The position numbers and the translations under genes are program-made. DNA of 40,831 nucleotides. Origin: Candidatus Methanomethylophilaceae archaeon (GTDB lineage Archaea > Thermoplasmatota > Thermoplasmata > Methanomassiliicoccales > Methanomethylophilaceae). The notes beneath the pieces were generated by a model. The model saw only the letters and a list, made by a program, of their open reading frames with translations. It was not told the DNA's origin and did not search any database. The stretch lies in assembly GCA_041669745.1 (NCBI GenBank), contig JBAYAO010000001.1, positions 1-40,831 of the forward strand, in the 5' to 3' direction. This document shows, piece by piece, positions 25,950 through 35,968 of the stretch; position 1 is the first letter of the stretch; each line of letters opens with the position of its first letter.

Positions 25950-26779
25950 AGTATACCGCCTGCCTGCAGGAACATGATAATGGAAACGAATATCAAGAGT
26001 ATGGAGAAATATTTCCTCAGTGAAGATCCGTCAACAGATTTTGATACGCGTTCGCCCACGAGCGAACCCAGGAATGCGCCTATGACCACGAAGGCCGCAA
26101 CATCCAACAGGACGTGTCCGTTGAGGAAGTAGATTATGGCACCTGAAAATGCTGTGATACCTATCATATAATTACTGGTGGCCATCGCAGCCCTGACCGG
26201 AACACCCATATGCAGGTTCATTATCGGTACTTTGATGACACCTCCGCCGATTCCGGTCATACTCGATACCATGCCTGCGATGCTACAGGCGGCAAAACCG
26301 CTTTTTATGTTCTTCACGTCATAATTCACGTTTTCTTCTCTTTTCAGATCATAATATGTGAATTCGCCTTTCTCCGAGGAGACCTCTTTCTCCCTACCGG
26401 CCGTCATACGCAGAGCACTTACAAGTATGACAATGGCGAAAATCATCATGAGGGCCCAGTCCTGTATATACGCTGACATGAACGCACCCACCATCGCGCC
26501 TATGGCGGTACTTATCTCAAGCAAAAGACCCAGACGGATGTTGGTTACTCTTTTCTGAAGATAGAATGTCGTGGCGCTTGTGGATGTAGCAATAATGCCT
26601 ATGAGACTCACGGCCGCCGCTTCTGTCGTTGTGAGCCCATACACTATCGTCAGGATCGGAATGAACACAATTCCGCCGCCTATACCGAACAATGTACCGA
26701 GTATCCCGGCAAGGACACCTAAGATAAGAAGTCCTGCGATCATCAGAGGGTCCATCAAAGGGAATATGAGAGAAGGCAA
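25946..26779 (-). CDS. TauE/SafE family anion (sulfite/sulfonate) exporter
   Basis: The ORF has 277 codons. Two internally repeated halves each carry GIGGG(I/V) motifs (LFGIGGGIVFIPIL and TGIGGGVIKVPIM). Confidence 0.8.
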   Translation of the reverse strand: MPSLIFPLMDPLMIAGLLILGVLAGILGTLFGIGGGIVFIPILTIVYGLTTTEAAAVSLIGIIATSTSATTFYLQKRVTNIRLGLLLEISTAIGAMVGAFMSAYIQDWALMMIFAIVILVSALRMTAGREKEVSSEKGEFTYYDLKREENVNYDVKNIKSGFAACSIAGMVSSMTGIGGGVIKVPIMNLHMGVPVRAAMATSNYMIGITAFSGAIIYFLNGHVLLDVAAFVVIGAFLGSLVGERVSKSVDGSSLRKYFSILLIFVSIIMFLQAGGIL

Positions 26780-26826
26780 TATTAACGATGTCGGCTCCTC
26801 TATCGAAAAACGTTATTACATAGCAG

Positions 26827-27693
26827 ATGATAGGGCGTCCCGTGGCAACGATCCTCGTAAGATACTGCGAGATAGGTCTCAAAAGTACACCCGTTCGTAA
26901 GAGATTCGAAAATCAACTGAGGGACAATATGCTGACAATGTTGGCATATGACAAGGTCGAGGCATTCGTCACATATGCCGATGCCAGATTTTATATCGAA
27001 ACGGAAAATACAGACGGATGCGTGAGATCCCTGAAGAAAGTATTTGGGATCGTTTCGCTATCTGTTGCCGAAGTCTGCAGTTCCGAAATGGAAGACATAT
27101 GTGCCACTGCTGCGAAATATTCTCTCGGGAAGTTATCCAGAGGAGATTCGTTTGCCGTCAGGGCCAGACGCGAAGGAGACCACATTTATACCAGCATGGA
27201 TGTGGGAAGAGAGGCGGGTTCAGCGATATTCATAGCCAATGAGCGATTGGGAATAACCGTGGACCTCCGCAGTCCGGATAGGATATTCTATATCGAGGTC
27301 AGGAATAACAAGGCATTCGTATTCGATGAGTATGTTCAATGTCCGGGAGGGCTTCCTTTGGGAAGTCAGGGGCGTGTGATAGCGGAGGTGAACGACGATC
27401 GCGGTACAGTGTCTGCCTGGATGATGATGAAACGCGGTTGTAGGACATTGGTGACCGGCGTCGATGACATAAGTATCCTGAAGGAATACGATCCCATGCT
27501 CAAGGTTCTTGAGAGTACGGAGAACGTTGGAAAGATCAGGGGCATTCTCGGAAAAGTATTGGGAACCACCCTTGAGGGATTAAAGAGTATGGATATCTCA
27601 AGGTATGATGTCCCAGTTTATTTTCCCACCATCGGAATGGACGATCGGCAGGTACACGACATGCTGTGCAAGATCAGGACGCATTCTTTCTGA
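26827..27693 (+). CDS. ThiI-like THUMP-domain protein with degenerate, truncated PP-loop domain
   Basis: The N-terminal ILVRYCEIGLKS...FAVRARR...IEVR matches the ThiI NFLD+THUMP layout. The position of the PP-loop SGGxDS reads NDDRGT, although the following SAWMMMKRG is conserved. The protein ends about 100 aa after this point. Confidence 0.7.
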   Translation: MIGRPVATILVRYCEIGLKSTPVRKRFENQLRDNMLTMLAYDKVEAFVTYADARFYIETENTDGCVRSLKKVFGIVSLSVAEVCSSEMEDICATAAKYSLGKLSRGDSFAVRARREGDHIYTSMDVGREAGSAIFIANERLGITVDLRSPDRIFYIEVRNNKAFVFDEYVQCPGGLPLGSQGRVIAEVNDDRGTVSAWMMMKRGCRTLVTGVDDISILKEYDPMLKVLESTENVGKIRGILGKVLGTTLEGLKSMDISRYDVPVYFPTIGMDDRQVHDMLCKIRTHSF

Positions 27694-27718
27694 TCAACGC
27701 GTGTGGAAAGATAGGAGA

Positions 27719-27742
27719 CCTCTACGGAAGAGCCCGTAGAGG
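27719..27742. terminator. Perfect 9-bp hairpin CCTCTACGG-aagagc-CCGTAGAGG between convergent genes
   Basis: It lies in the 79-nt spacer between the ThiI-like stop (27693) and the eL15 stop (27773). There is no long T-run, so the function is uncertain. Confidence 0.35.
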
Positions 27743-27772
27743 ATGTAAAGTTAAGATGTTTGGACGGAAGGT

Positions 27773-28366
27773 TTACTTGCCCCTTCTTCCCTTCGCCCTG
27801 ATAGAAGGTCTGCACTTCTCAGCACCTTTGCCCTTATTGAGCAGTCCGCGTCCTCTCTGACCAGCCGAGGTCTTTCCGCGGTATACACGGTTCTTTTGGG
27901 TGTTGTAGCAGATCCAGTTGATCTTGGGATCGGATTGTATGACGGGATGGCTGGGATCGACTAATATGATCTCATACCATTCCTGCTGACCATCGGCACC
28001 TACCCAGTACGAGTTGAGGACCTCCATGTTGGGATATCTCTTCTGAGCCCTCTCCTCAGCCATCCTCTGAAGGCTTTTACCGACTGTAATCTGGAGAATA
28101 CCCTTTCTCTTGGCTCTCCTTCCGCTCTTGATCTGTCTTTTCTGGAAGGATCCCTTTCTGACCCTTCCCCTGACGATGATGTATCCTTGTTTCGCTTTGA
28201 ATCCGAGTTTCCTAGCCCTGTCAAGCCTTGTGGGTTTTTCAATGCGCACAAAATTCTCCTCTCTTCTCCAGAGGATCCTTCTCTCTTTGTTCAGTTCCTT
28301 GAGGTAGGACTGAGATGGGTTCTTCCAAGCATCTGCGATGTAGGAGTACATGCTTTTGCCGCTCAT
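27773..28366 (-). CDS. rpl15e: 50S ribosomal protein eL15 (L15e)
   Basis: The translation reads [17 protein letters not shown]...[26 protein letters not shown]. The ORF is open to 28399. ATG 28366 has GGAAGAAGG upstream. Confidence 0.92.
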   Translation of the reverse strand: MSGKSMYSYIADAWKNPSQSYLKELNKERRILWRREENFVRIEKPTRLDRARKLGFKAKQGYIIVRGRVRKGSFQKRQIKSGRRAKRKGILQITVGKSLQRMAEERAQKRYPNMEVLNSYWVGADGQQEWYEIILVDPSHPVIQSDPKINWICYNTQKNRVYRGKTSAGQRGRGLLNKGKGAEKCRPSIRAKGRRGK

Positions 28367-28568
28367 TTTGCGGCCTTCTTCCTGTGTCTCTTCGGACATG
28401 TTTGATCACCTTTTCGGATTCACCCTTTCGGGCACATTTCCGTCGGAACTAGATTCCGTGACATCTCGTATAACCGACCCCTATATAAATGCAATTCAGA
28501 TACACGTTGCACTCGCGGGCGCTTCGGGTAGATCGGTGTTTCGGTTTTTCTGACATCGGTCGTTCCGA

Positions 28569-31001
28569 TCAGAAGAAGTCCGAAAGTTTTGTCGTCTTTG
28601 ATTTGGGAAGTGTGGGGACAGGAGAGGGCCCTTCATTTCTTTTTCTGGGGGTCGTTCCCGATCTTTCGAATCCCCCATCGAAGAGCGTTGTCTGTTGGCT
28701 TCCCAGGAGCAGGTCCTTTTCACTCCATCCGAATACCTCGGTTATCCTTGAAGCGGTTTGGGCAAGTCTTCCGGCATAGTATCTGTAATCGGGTTTCGCA
28801 GTGAAATCTACGCCGCTGATGAAAGGTTCCAATTTTTGAGGTGTGGTGCTGGAGTCGGTGACGATCCACGATACTTTCATTCCCGGTATGAACTCATACC
28901 CTAAGGCCATCATTTTTTTCGCAGCCTGAACGTTCGCCATCCTTTCAGGGTTCTGATACGCATCCAGACCCTTGCACGTGCGTGATATGACGAGTCCTGC
29001 TGTCGGTACATCGCCGGCAAGGACCCTTTGAATGGTCCTTTTAACCAAGGCTATTGCATCCTCGTTCTTTTCTTTGAGTATGCAGTCAAAAAGTTCCATG
29101 AGAAGGTCGCTCTGAATGTCGAAGGAATCGGAGCGTCTTATCTCGTAGCCTCTGACCAGAAGTTCCTCTTCCACCTTGGGCCACATGACCTTTCCGACGT
29201 ACCTTTTTTTCTTCCCGTGGGAGAAGAGTGGTTCGAGGATCTTCTCAAATTCCAAAGTTCCTCCTTCTACGGAGAAACGCTCGGCCATCTTCTTTCCGAA
29301 TTCTATGGAACCTTCGAGTGTATGGTCGGGGGATTGCATGAATACGGAGTCAGTATCGGAGTAGATGACCTTGATCCCTTCGGACGTTACATCGCTGATT
29401 ATCGTTTTTACAGTGTTTCTTGCGAATGCTGTTATCGATGCCCCTATGCTTTTGTCGGTGAATCTGTAGAAGGAGGAGGCGAATACACCGTAGAAGGTGT
29501 TCATCAGGACCTTGACCGCCGCCTGAAGACCATCCAAATAATGGTATTCATCCTTATTATCCGTAGTTTTCATTCTCGACTTTATGTCATCCCTCTCATG
29601 CATCAACTCACTCAGGATCCTCGGAAGCAGACCCATCTTCTTCTCCTTGGAGATGAAGTGTACCCCGTTGGGAGAAACGATCTCACCGTCAGGTGAAAGA
29701 GTGGTGAAACAGATGTTCTTGGCAATTATGAGGGACGGATACATCGATTTAAAATCCAATACGCAGACCCAGTGGTATAATCCAGGATTCATGGTGTGAA
29801 CGTACCCGCCTTCTATCTGGTCTGTCCTGGACATCCTCCCTGTCATAGGTACACCGATCTTCTCGCGATCGGCTCTGCGGATCAGTATCGAATCGACCAA
29901 TGTGGATGTACCAGACGTAAGAACATCGCCTACGGGGAGCATTGATACGGCTGCAAGGTCCATACTTTTCCTTAATGTACCTATTGACAGGAGGATCCTC
30001 AGTGCCAGTTCAGCATCTTTTATACAGTATTCTATTACTCTATCATGGTCGTTGTTCCATTCGTCATCCATGTATTTGGGGTTTACATCCAATTTGGATT
30101 CTCCTAGGACCTGCATAGCAACTGCGTTCAACGTTTCCTGTTTGGGTCTGAGTTCCTTTTTTGCAGACCACCAGGCATCGACTATCAAACGACCTTTGAC
30201 CCTCCAAAATTGTTCGCTGACAATTCGGGGAATGTCTCTGGCCCTTCCCCATGTGATTTCGTCGTGTATGCCGTTTATCTTGGCACGTTCCACTATCTTC
30301 TTTATGTCGTAGTTGTCGATGTTGTACCCGGTTATCACATCCGGATCCTCGGTCTGGATAAGTCTTGAGAACTCCATGATCATGTCTTTCTCTGAACCGC
30401 TTATCGGTTTGCATGTTCGGATATTGTCATCTTCCTCTATCACGGAACAGATGGTGAACAAGAAATCATGCTTGACGCTGTTCTCTATGTCGAAGGACAG
30501 TATCTTCAATCCAGGATCGAAGGAGTCGATATTTTGAAACGACCTCATCACGATAGTAAGGTCCGTGGCATAGTCCTTTTCAACGATATCGCCGTCGACA
30601 CGGATACATGAGCCCATATCCATGTCATATATGAACCTGTAATGGTATGCTATGTCCGCAGCAAGCAGGCGGTATTCCTTTTTCAGTTTGTTGCGGTAAT
30701 CCGATATCGTACGCGGATCTTTCAGGACGATCTTCAGGACGTCTCTGTTTCGGCCTTTATAGAACAGAGTGTCATCCTCCGTCGTCAACACGCCTCGGTC
30801 CTTATCAAGGAGAGTCCTAAGTTCCGGCTTCGGGTCGATGACGTAAAAGTAGTGATTGAATCCGTAGAACAGGATGGTTATCGATTTTTTGTCCCGTGTT
30901 TTTCCAAATACCTCTATGGCCAGATCATCATCGGTCGTTCGCAGTGAAGCGCTCAGAAGTCTTACATCCCAAGTGCCCATGTCAAAATCACCTGTTTGCA
31001 A
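28569..31001 (-). CDS. polB: Family B DNA polymerase
   Basis: Exo I is FDIEN. Pol motifs are DFKSMYPSLI, a KxxxNSxYG-like VKVLMNTFYGV and YSDTDSV. The ORF has 810 codons with no intein-sized insertion. Confidence 0.93.
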   Translation of the reverse strand: MQTGDFDMGTWDVRLLSASLRTTDDDLAIEVFGKTRDKKSITILFYGFNHYFYVIDPKPELRTLLDKDRGVLTTEDDTLFYKGRNRDVLKIVLKDPRTISDYRNKLKKEYRLLAADIAYHYRFIYDMDMGSCIRVDGDIVEKDYATDLTIVMRSFQNIDSFDPGLKILSFDIENSVKHDFLFTICSVIEEDDNIRTCKPISGSEKDMIMEFSRLIQTEDPDVITGYNIDNYDIKKIVERAKINGIHDEITWGRARDIPRIVSEQFWRVKGRLIVDAWWSAKKELRPKQETLNAVAMQVLGESKLDVNPKYMDDEWNNDHDRVIEYCIKDAELALRILLSIGTLRKSMDLAAVSMLPVGDVLTSGTSTLVDSILIRRADREKIGVPMTGRMSRTDQIEGGYVHTMNPGLYHWVCVLDFKSMYPSLIIAKNICFTTLSPDGEIVSPNGVHFISKEKKMGLLPRILSELMHERDDIKSRMKTTDNKDEYHYLDGLQAAVKVLMNTFYGVFASSFYRFTDKSIGASITAFARNTVKTIISDVTSEGIKVIYSDTDSVFMQSPDHTLEGSIEFGKKMAERFSVEGGTLEFEKILEPLFSHGKKKRYVGKVMWPKVEEELLVRGYEIRRSDSFDIQSDLLMELFDCILKEKNEDAIALVKRTIQRVLAGDVPTAGLVISRTCKGLDAYQNPERMANVQAAKKMMALGYEFIPGMKVSWIVTDSSTTPQKLEPFISGVDFTAKPDYRYYAGRLAQTASRITEVFGWSEKDLLLGSQQTTLFDGGFERSGTTPRKRNEGPSPVPTLPKSKTTKLSDFF

Positions 31002-32196
31002 TTATTCGTATTACGTCGCCGTCCAAGAGTTCATAATCGGCTCCGACGGTACGTTTGGTCTTGACATTCACGGCACGGACGAACTTATCACCGAGGTCTG
31101 TGTGTACCTTGTATGCGAGGTCTCTCGCGGTCGATCCCCTGGGTATGAGAAAAGCATCCGGAAGCACCCTCCCGAAGTGGTCGGTGAACTTGTTTTCGTC
31201 TTCAACAGGATAAACGGTTATGAGATCCAGTATTCCGTATGTTGCCTTTTCAAGACATGTCTGAACACCCGTCCCGTCGTATTTTTCCATATTCTTCGCC
31301 ATATACTCCAGTGCATGCTTCTGGTTATCGTTGAGGACTGCGTCCTTTCTGACATCGAACGTCGGTTCGCCGGGAACATATTCCACAATACCCGCATCGC
31401 AGGCTTTTTTGAGTGCAAGTTCGGTCTCTGCCATTGTGGCTATCGATACATCGCCGATACCCGTGACCAGATCGATGTTCCCGGAGGGGGCGATATCCGC
31501 TTTGTTCATCGCTATGATCATGGGTTTGCTGACATCTCTTATTTCGTCGGCGAGTGAGAGCATAACATCATCATCCCATAGTGTGATGTCGTCAGGAGGA
31601 CATACGTTCTTCAATGCGGTCTTGATCTGCGTTTCGGTGATCTTCAATCCTGCAAGTCTGTCAGCGAGTATCGCCTCTGGTTTCGTGCCTTTCATCTTTG
31701 CGGTCCTGGCCATTTTGTTGAATCCGTTCTTGAGAATCTCTCTGATCCAGAGTGAGATCTCCTTTTTCAAGAATTCCACGTCCTCACGCGGATCATGTTC
31801 TCCAGGTTTTCCGGGGGTCCCCTCTATATCCGTGGAACCGCTGACATCGATAACATTGATCAGAGCATCCGCCTGTCGCAGATCATCCAAAAATCGATTG
31901 CCGAGGCCTTTTCCCTGCCACGCATCCGGTACCAGGCCGGCGACGTCGAGCAGTTCCACCGGTATCATTCTGATCCCGTCAACGCAGCCTGAATTATGCG
32001 GTGTACATTTTACACCTAATTCCTTGCATGGACATTTGGACCTTACATAACCTACGCCCTTGTTGGCCTCTATGGTTGTGAAAGGATAGTTGGCTATCTC
32101 TACGGGTGCCATTGTCGCTGCGCTGAAGAATGTGGATTTCCCTACGTTCGGTTTTCCGACGATACCTATCTGCATAAGATCGCGTGGTAATGGCAT
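30988..32196 (-). CDS. Obg/YchF-related P-loop GTPase with C-terminal TGS-like domain
   Basis: G1 is GIVGKPNVGKST, G3 is DVAGLV and G4 is NKAD. The C-terminal GDVIRI is TGS-like. The gene overlaps polB by 14 nt. Confidence 0.85.
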   Translation of the reverse strand: MPLPRDLMQIGIVGKPNVGKSTFFSAATMAPVEIANYPFTTIEANKGVGYVRSKCPCKELGVKCTPHNSGCVDGIRMIPVELLDVAGLVPDAWQGKGLGNRFLDDLRQADALINVIDVSGSTDIEGTPGKPGEHDPREDVEFLKKEISLWIREILKNGFNKMARTAKMKGTKPEAILADRLAGLKITETQIKTALKNVCPPDDITLWDDDVMLSLADEIRDVSKPMIIAMNKADIAPSGNIDLVTGIGDVSIATMAETELALKKACDAGIVEYVPGEPTFDVRKDAVLNDNQKHALEYMAKNMEKYDGTGVQTCLEKATYGILDLITVYPVEDENKFTDHFGRVLPDAFLIPRGSTARDLAYKVHTDLGDKFVRAVNVKTKRTVGADYELLDGDVIRIIANR

Positions 32197-32996
32197 TAAT
32201 CAGTTATATGTTTGCCATGATCGAACACGGCATTGGCCAATTGCCCTATTTCGGCAGGCGTCAATGTTTCGATGCGTTCGTTCAGGAATGGAATATCAGA
32301 ATCTGTTTCGATCATGCCCGCAGCCTTCAGCGAAGTTCCGATTTTCTTTCTTCGGTGATTGAACGTGGTTTCGGTGATCCTGAAGAAGGTCCTTTCGTCC
32401 GTGACATCGAACGGAGCAGGTCGGGGAACGATCTCAACCAATGCGGAATCTACTTTGGGACGAGGTTTGAAACGTGATGCCGGAACCTGTTCGAGTATTC
32501 TGCAATCGGCCTTGTAGAACATGTTCACCGTGAGGCGGGAATAGTCGATGCTTCCCACATCGGATACCATCCTTTGGGCAAATTCCTTCTGTACCATGAC
32601 GACCGCTTTTTTGAAAGGATACTCTAGAAGCTTGAAGATAACAGGCGTGGATATGCTGTAAGGCAGATTGCTGACAAATTTGTCGAACGGAGGGAAATCG
32701 ACCTCCAGGGCATCTCCGTTTATGAGATTTACTCTGGATCCGTATTGTTCCTCAATATATCTGGCAAGTATGTCATCCAATTCGATACATGTCACATTAT
32801 CGGAAGACTCCACAAGGAATCTCGTGAGGATCCCCAATCCTGGACCCACCTCGAGGACCCTGTCATGTGGTCCTATGTCGGCGAATTCAACGTGCCTCCG
32901 TGCAACACGTTCATCGATGAGAAAGTTCTGACCTTTGCTTTTCTTAGGGACGATGCCGGTTTCGGTTATCAGTCTTCCCGTTTCATTTCGATTCAT
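32196..32996 (-). CDS. rsmA: 16S rRNA (adenine1518/1519-N6)-dimethyltransferase (KsgA/Dim1)
   Basis: The translation shows KSKGQNFLIDERV, the SAM motif VLEVGPGLGILT and NLPY. There is a 1-nt overlap with the GTPase start (TAATG). Confidence 0.92.
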   Translation of the reverse strand: MNRNETGRLITETGIVPKKSKGQNFLIDERVARRHVEFADIGPHDRVLEVGPGLGILTRFLVESSDNVTCIELDDILARYIEEQYGSRVNLINGDALEVDFPPFDKFVSNLPYSISTPVIFKLLEYPFKKAVVMVQKEFAQRMVSDVGSIDYSRLTVNMFYKADCRILEQVPASRFKPRPKVDSALVEIVPRPAPFDVTDERTFFRITETTFNHRRKKIGTSLKAAGMIETDSDIPFLNERIETLTPAEIGQLANAVFDHGKHITD

Positions 32997-33541
32997 CTGG
33001 AAATGAAGAGATAACGTCTCCTCTCTGGATCCGATATCTCCAGTATTATACGGGAAACGATCAATTTTTCAGGCCCCTTCAGGAGAGGTACCCTTGTCGA
33101 TATATCATCGAAACTGGTAAATCTGCTCTTCTCGCGTTCCTTCAGGATCTCCTGCATGGTTTTCTTTCCAAGGCCGGGCAGTTCTTCCAAGAGATGTTTC
33201 TTGATCGAGATCGGACCAGCTTCATTGTAGAATTTCACGAATCTCGCCTGATTGCCGGTCACGATCTGGTCGATGACGAACTCCAACTCTCCGCTGGCAG
33301 TGTTGGTCAGTTCCTCGTAACCTATGCGTCTTTTGACATGATCGATCTGTGTACGGAGTGTCGGATCCTTTCCGATGTACACCCTGTCATCTATCATTAT
33401 CTGCGCATTCGGTTTCGGGACAAGCTCGAAAAGTTTGAACTCCTCTTCACCTATCGCATAGCAGACGGGGTCCCTTTTTGAAAAATTGTTGCTGGGCAGG
33501 CCCTGCGGCAAGTAATCCAAGACAAATGCGTATTCTTCCAA
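32993..33541 (-). CDS. DUF655-family putative RNA/nucleotide-binding protein
   Basis: The translation reads MEEYAFVLDYLPQG...FYNEAGPISIKKHLLEELPGLGKKT (OB plus HhH-like). It sits in the conserved position between ksgA and rpo4. Confidence 0.75.
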   Translation of the reverse strand: MEEYAFVLDYLPQGLPSNNFSKRDPVCYAIGEEEFKLFELVPKPNAQIMIDDRVYIGKDPTLRTQIDHVKRRIGYEELTNTASGELEFVIDQIVTGNQARFVKFYNEAGPISIKKHLLEELPGLGKKTMQEILKEREKSRFTSFDDISTRVPLLKGPEKLIVSRIILEISDPERRRYLFISR

Positions 33542-33563
33542 GTAAATCCCTCTGTTCGAAGGC

Positions 33564-33884
33564 TCAAAGGTACTTATCGACTATTTCAATTATCTTATTG
33601 ATGTTGTCGGCTTCAAGTGTGATTCTCTCTTTTGCAAAAATCGCACGTACGTCCTCTGGATATTTTGGAAGAAGGTCGGCAATCTTGCAGGAGGTTGACT
33701 CGGTCGTGAAATCGAGCGCATCGGCCTCGGCAATGAGCGCATTGGTCTGTTCCAATGAGAGTTTTGCGATGGTCTGGGCGTGGTTCATGGCCGATCTCTG
33801 TATGGTGCTAAGCTCTCCCCTCTTTTCATTTTCTGCTGTGAGGAGGTCTCTGACCTCAGCCAAACTGACGTATTGCTCAGACAT
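33564..33884 (-). CDS. rpo4: DNA-directed RNA polymerase subunit Rpo4 (RpoF)
   Basis: The protein is 106 aa and begins MSEQYVSLAEVRDLL. The rpl21e-rpo4-DUF655-ksgA gene order is conserved. Confidence 0.75.
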   Translation of the reverse strand: MSEQYVSLAEVRDLLTAENEKRGELSTIQRSAMNHAQTIAKLSLEQTNALIAEADALDFTTESTSCKIADLLPKYPEDVRAIFAKERITLEADNINKIIEIVDKYL

Positions 33885-33896
33885 TCATTCACTTCC

Positions 33897-34187
33897 TTAG
33901 ACGTTCTTCACGAGATGGTTGGGGCGTGCGATTACCGTTTTAGGTTTGTTGCCGTCCATGACGCTCACTATGAACGCTGCGCCTCTCTGACCTACTACGA
34001 CGCCGGTGTATCCGTGGAATCTCGAGTGCGGCATTCCCTTGTGTTCACTGGGGTCGATGACTATATTGACCTTTTCTCCATTCTCAAAGGTCTGGAAACC
34101 CTTGGTTATAGGTGAAAGACCGCGCGCCCTCGGCTTCTTCTGCAAAAGAAAACGGGTCTTGGTCCTTGTTCCTTTGGATGCTTTCAT
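33897..34187 (-). CDS. rpl21e: 50S ribosomal protein eL21 (L21e)
   Basis: The translation reads [12 protein letters not shown]...[13 protein letters not shown]. The protein is 96 aa from the internal Met. The ATG overlaps the pus10 stop (ATGA). Confidence 0.9.
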   Translation of the reverse strand: MKASKGTRTKTRFLLQKKPRARGLSPITKGFQTFENGEKVNIVIDPSEHKGMPHSRFHGYTGVVVGQRGAAFIVSVMDGNKPKTVIARPNHLVKNV

Positions 34188-35410
34188 TTCATTCCCTCGT
34201 TGATCGCTATCACGTCCAGTTCCTCCACGAGACATCGGATTCCCAATGCCTCAGAGAAACTCGGGGTCGTTCTTCCATCATCGCCGGAAACGAATTCCTT
34301 CACATAAGTTCCAGACTCCGTTTCAAGGGTCAGATCGAACACGTCATCCCCTACGACCTCCGCCTCGACCCAAAAGATCTCCCTGTTCCTCACTAGGTCG
34401 GCACGACGGTGCTCGACTCTTTGTGGTGTCCTCTGGTCGATGCGGATGTTCTTGAACGCTAAGGCTACCTCATCTACTCCTTCTTTATTAACTTTACTCT
34501 CCGCGCGTACCCTGGCCTTGTAAGTCTTCGTAGGGGTGGCCAGTTTCGTCCTCTGCACCTCATCTCTCTGTACAAATCTCAGGTTATGGTATTGTGCCAG
34601 TTCTGATTGATTTGCCTTTGCTTCCAGGTAGTCGAGGTCTATGTCGCGTGTCCTAGGATCGCTGATTTCGAGAACGAAGGGCCTTCCTTCGCCCAGCATA
34701 AGCGCGTCTATGTCCTCCCTCCCCATTCCATGGAAGAAATGTTCCTTTCCACCGGACATTTCAAGGGCTATGTCACCAAGTATTTCTTGGACAGAGGTCT
34801 GGTACATCTTTCCCGTGTCATGACATCTGGAACAGCCCTTTCCATGGCATACCCTGCAGGGCCAGATGGTCTGGGGTATCTCGCGGCTTAGCTTGTTGTA
34901 CCTTCCGTATATGAATATCGGGGCAATGTCCAATTCAACATCCGCGAAACGTGTGTCTATACAGGCCACGATCTGCGGATTCTTGAATTCGACGGGCCGA
35001 TTGATCATCGGAAGTGCGAGTTTTCCGATTTCACGATTGAGTTCGGTCTTAATGGATTCTGCATTCTCAAGTTCGAACCTTTCTCGAATGTCCTTTTCCC
35101 TCTTCGTTATCTCAGGGTCGACACGGGACCCTACGAGGAAATTTTCAGATTCCACATCATTCACCTTGTCTGCGACCGTCTCCGCAAAACGGCCCAACAG
35201 ATCGAAGATGCCTTCACATAACGGACAAGCATCTGGTGCCGGTATGTCATATCCTTCCTCTTCCAGAGCTTTGCGTATGAAGGTTCCGCGGACATCATTG
35301 GTCATTCCCGTTCCGAGCTTTCCGAACATTCTGCCGAGGCAGCGATCGCACAATCCATATTCCGCCACGGCCTTGGCCTTGTCCATATCGTTAACGATCC
35401 AGTCTTCCAT
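34184..35410 (-). CDS. pus10: tRNA pseudouridine(54/55) synthase Pus10
   Basis: The N-terminal Zn motifs are CDRCLGR...CPLCEG. A second [12 protein letters not shown] motif is present. The ORF has 408 codons. Confidence 0.85.
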   Translation of the reverse strand: MEDWIVNDMDKAKAVAEYGLCDRCLGRMFGKLGTGMTNDVRGTFIRKALEEEGYDIPAPDACPLCEGIFDLLGRFAETVADKVNDVESENFLVGSRVDPEITKREKDIRERFELENAESIKTELNREIGKLALPMINRPVEFKNPQIVACIDTRFADVELDIAPIFIYGRYNKLSREIPQTIWPCRVCHGKGCSRCHDTGKMYQTSVQEILGDIALEMSGGKEHFFHGMGREDIDALMLGEGRPFVLEISDPRTRDIDLDYLEAKANQSELAQYHNLRFVQRDEVQRTKLATPTKTYKARVRAESKVNKEGVDEVALAFKNIRIDQRTPQRVEHRRADLVRNREIFWVEAEVVGDDVFDLTLETESGTYVKEFVSGDDGRTTPSFSEALGIRCLVEELDVIAINEGMK

Positions 35411-35419
35411 GATGGTACC

Positions 35420-35968
35420 TCAGAGATCGAAACCCATCTCGGCGATCCTAAGTTTGGGTCTTTGGCCTTCCAGATAATGATAGACAGTGGAATGCTCGCT
35501 GCCGTTCAGGATAAGTTCTATCGCATGTTTGGCAACCGGCAGACTTACCGAATTACCGATGAGGGCGACGGTATTTCCGTAGATGGTCATGTAGACTCCT
35601 GTGAGTTCTTCGATGATCTCTCTTGTCTTGCCGTTTTTGCCGATGAGCCTTCCTCTGATCCTTTCCAGTTGATTGGATTTGGATCCGACGATATCCTTGA
35701 GGTCCACGATGTCCAGGTATTCGTCCTCCTCGAAAAGACGCATGGATTTCTCAGGATTGAATCCTCTGCCGATCGCTTTCACCACGTCGATCAATTTGAG
35801 TGCCATGAGAGGATCTGCGCTATCTGCATCGTCTTTGATGTCGACGATACCTTCTTCAGCATCGATGTCCATAGAGATGCCAGATCTTTTCTGGAGCATC
35901 CTTTTCGTTGTGCCTTTGACACCGATGATGGTTCCGACCCTGTCCTGTGGAATCCTTATGGATCTCAT
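35420..35968 (-). CDS. KH-domain RNA-binding protein (Dim2/Krr1-like)
   Basis: Two KH GxxG loops are present (IIGVKGTTKR and LIGKNGKTRE). The gene follows rio1 with a 4-nt overlap. Confidence 0.85.
   Translation of the reverse strand: MRSIRIPQDRVGTIIGVKGTTKRMLQKRSGISMDIDAEEGIVDIKDDADSADPLMALKLIDVVKAIGRGFNPEKSMRLFEEDEYLDIVDLKDIVGSKSNQLERIRGRLIGKNGKTREIIEELTGVYMTIYGNTVALIGNSVSLPVAKHAIELILNGSEHSTVYHYLEGQRPKLRIAEMGFDL

Noticed and set aside
28569-31001. The family B polymerase might carry an intein or belong to a casposon or other mobile element.
   Set aside because: The 810-aa length is contiguous through the Exo and Pol motifs. There is no Cas1, terminal inverted repeat or terminal-protein gene, and the gene sits in a conserved housekeeping context.
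30874-32050. Plus-strand ORFs of 227 and 239 aa lie opposite the GTPase gene and the polB 5' end.
   Set aside because: The minus strand encodes a complete G1-G4 GTPase and PolB. The plus frames lack motifs and are Ser-rich shadow ORFs.
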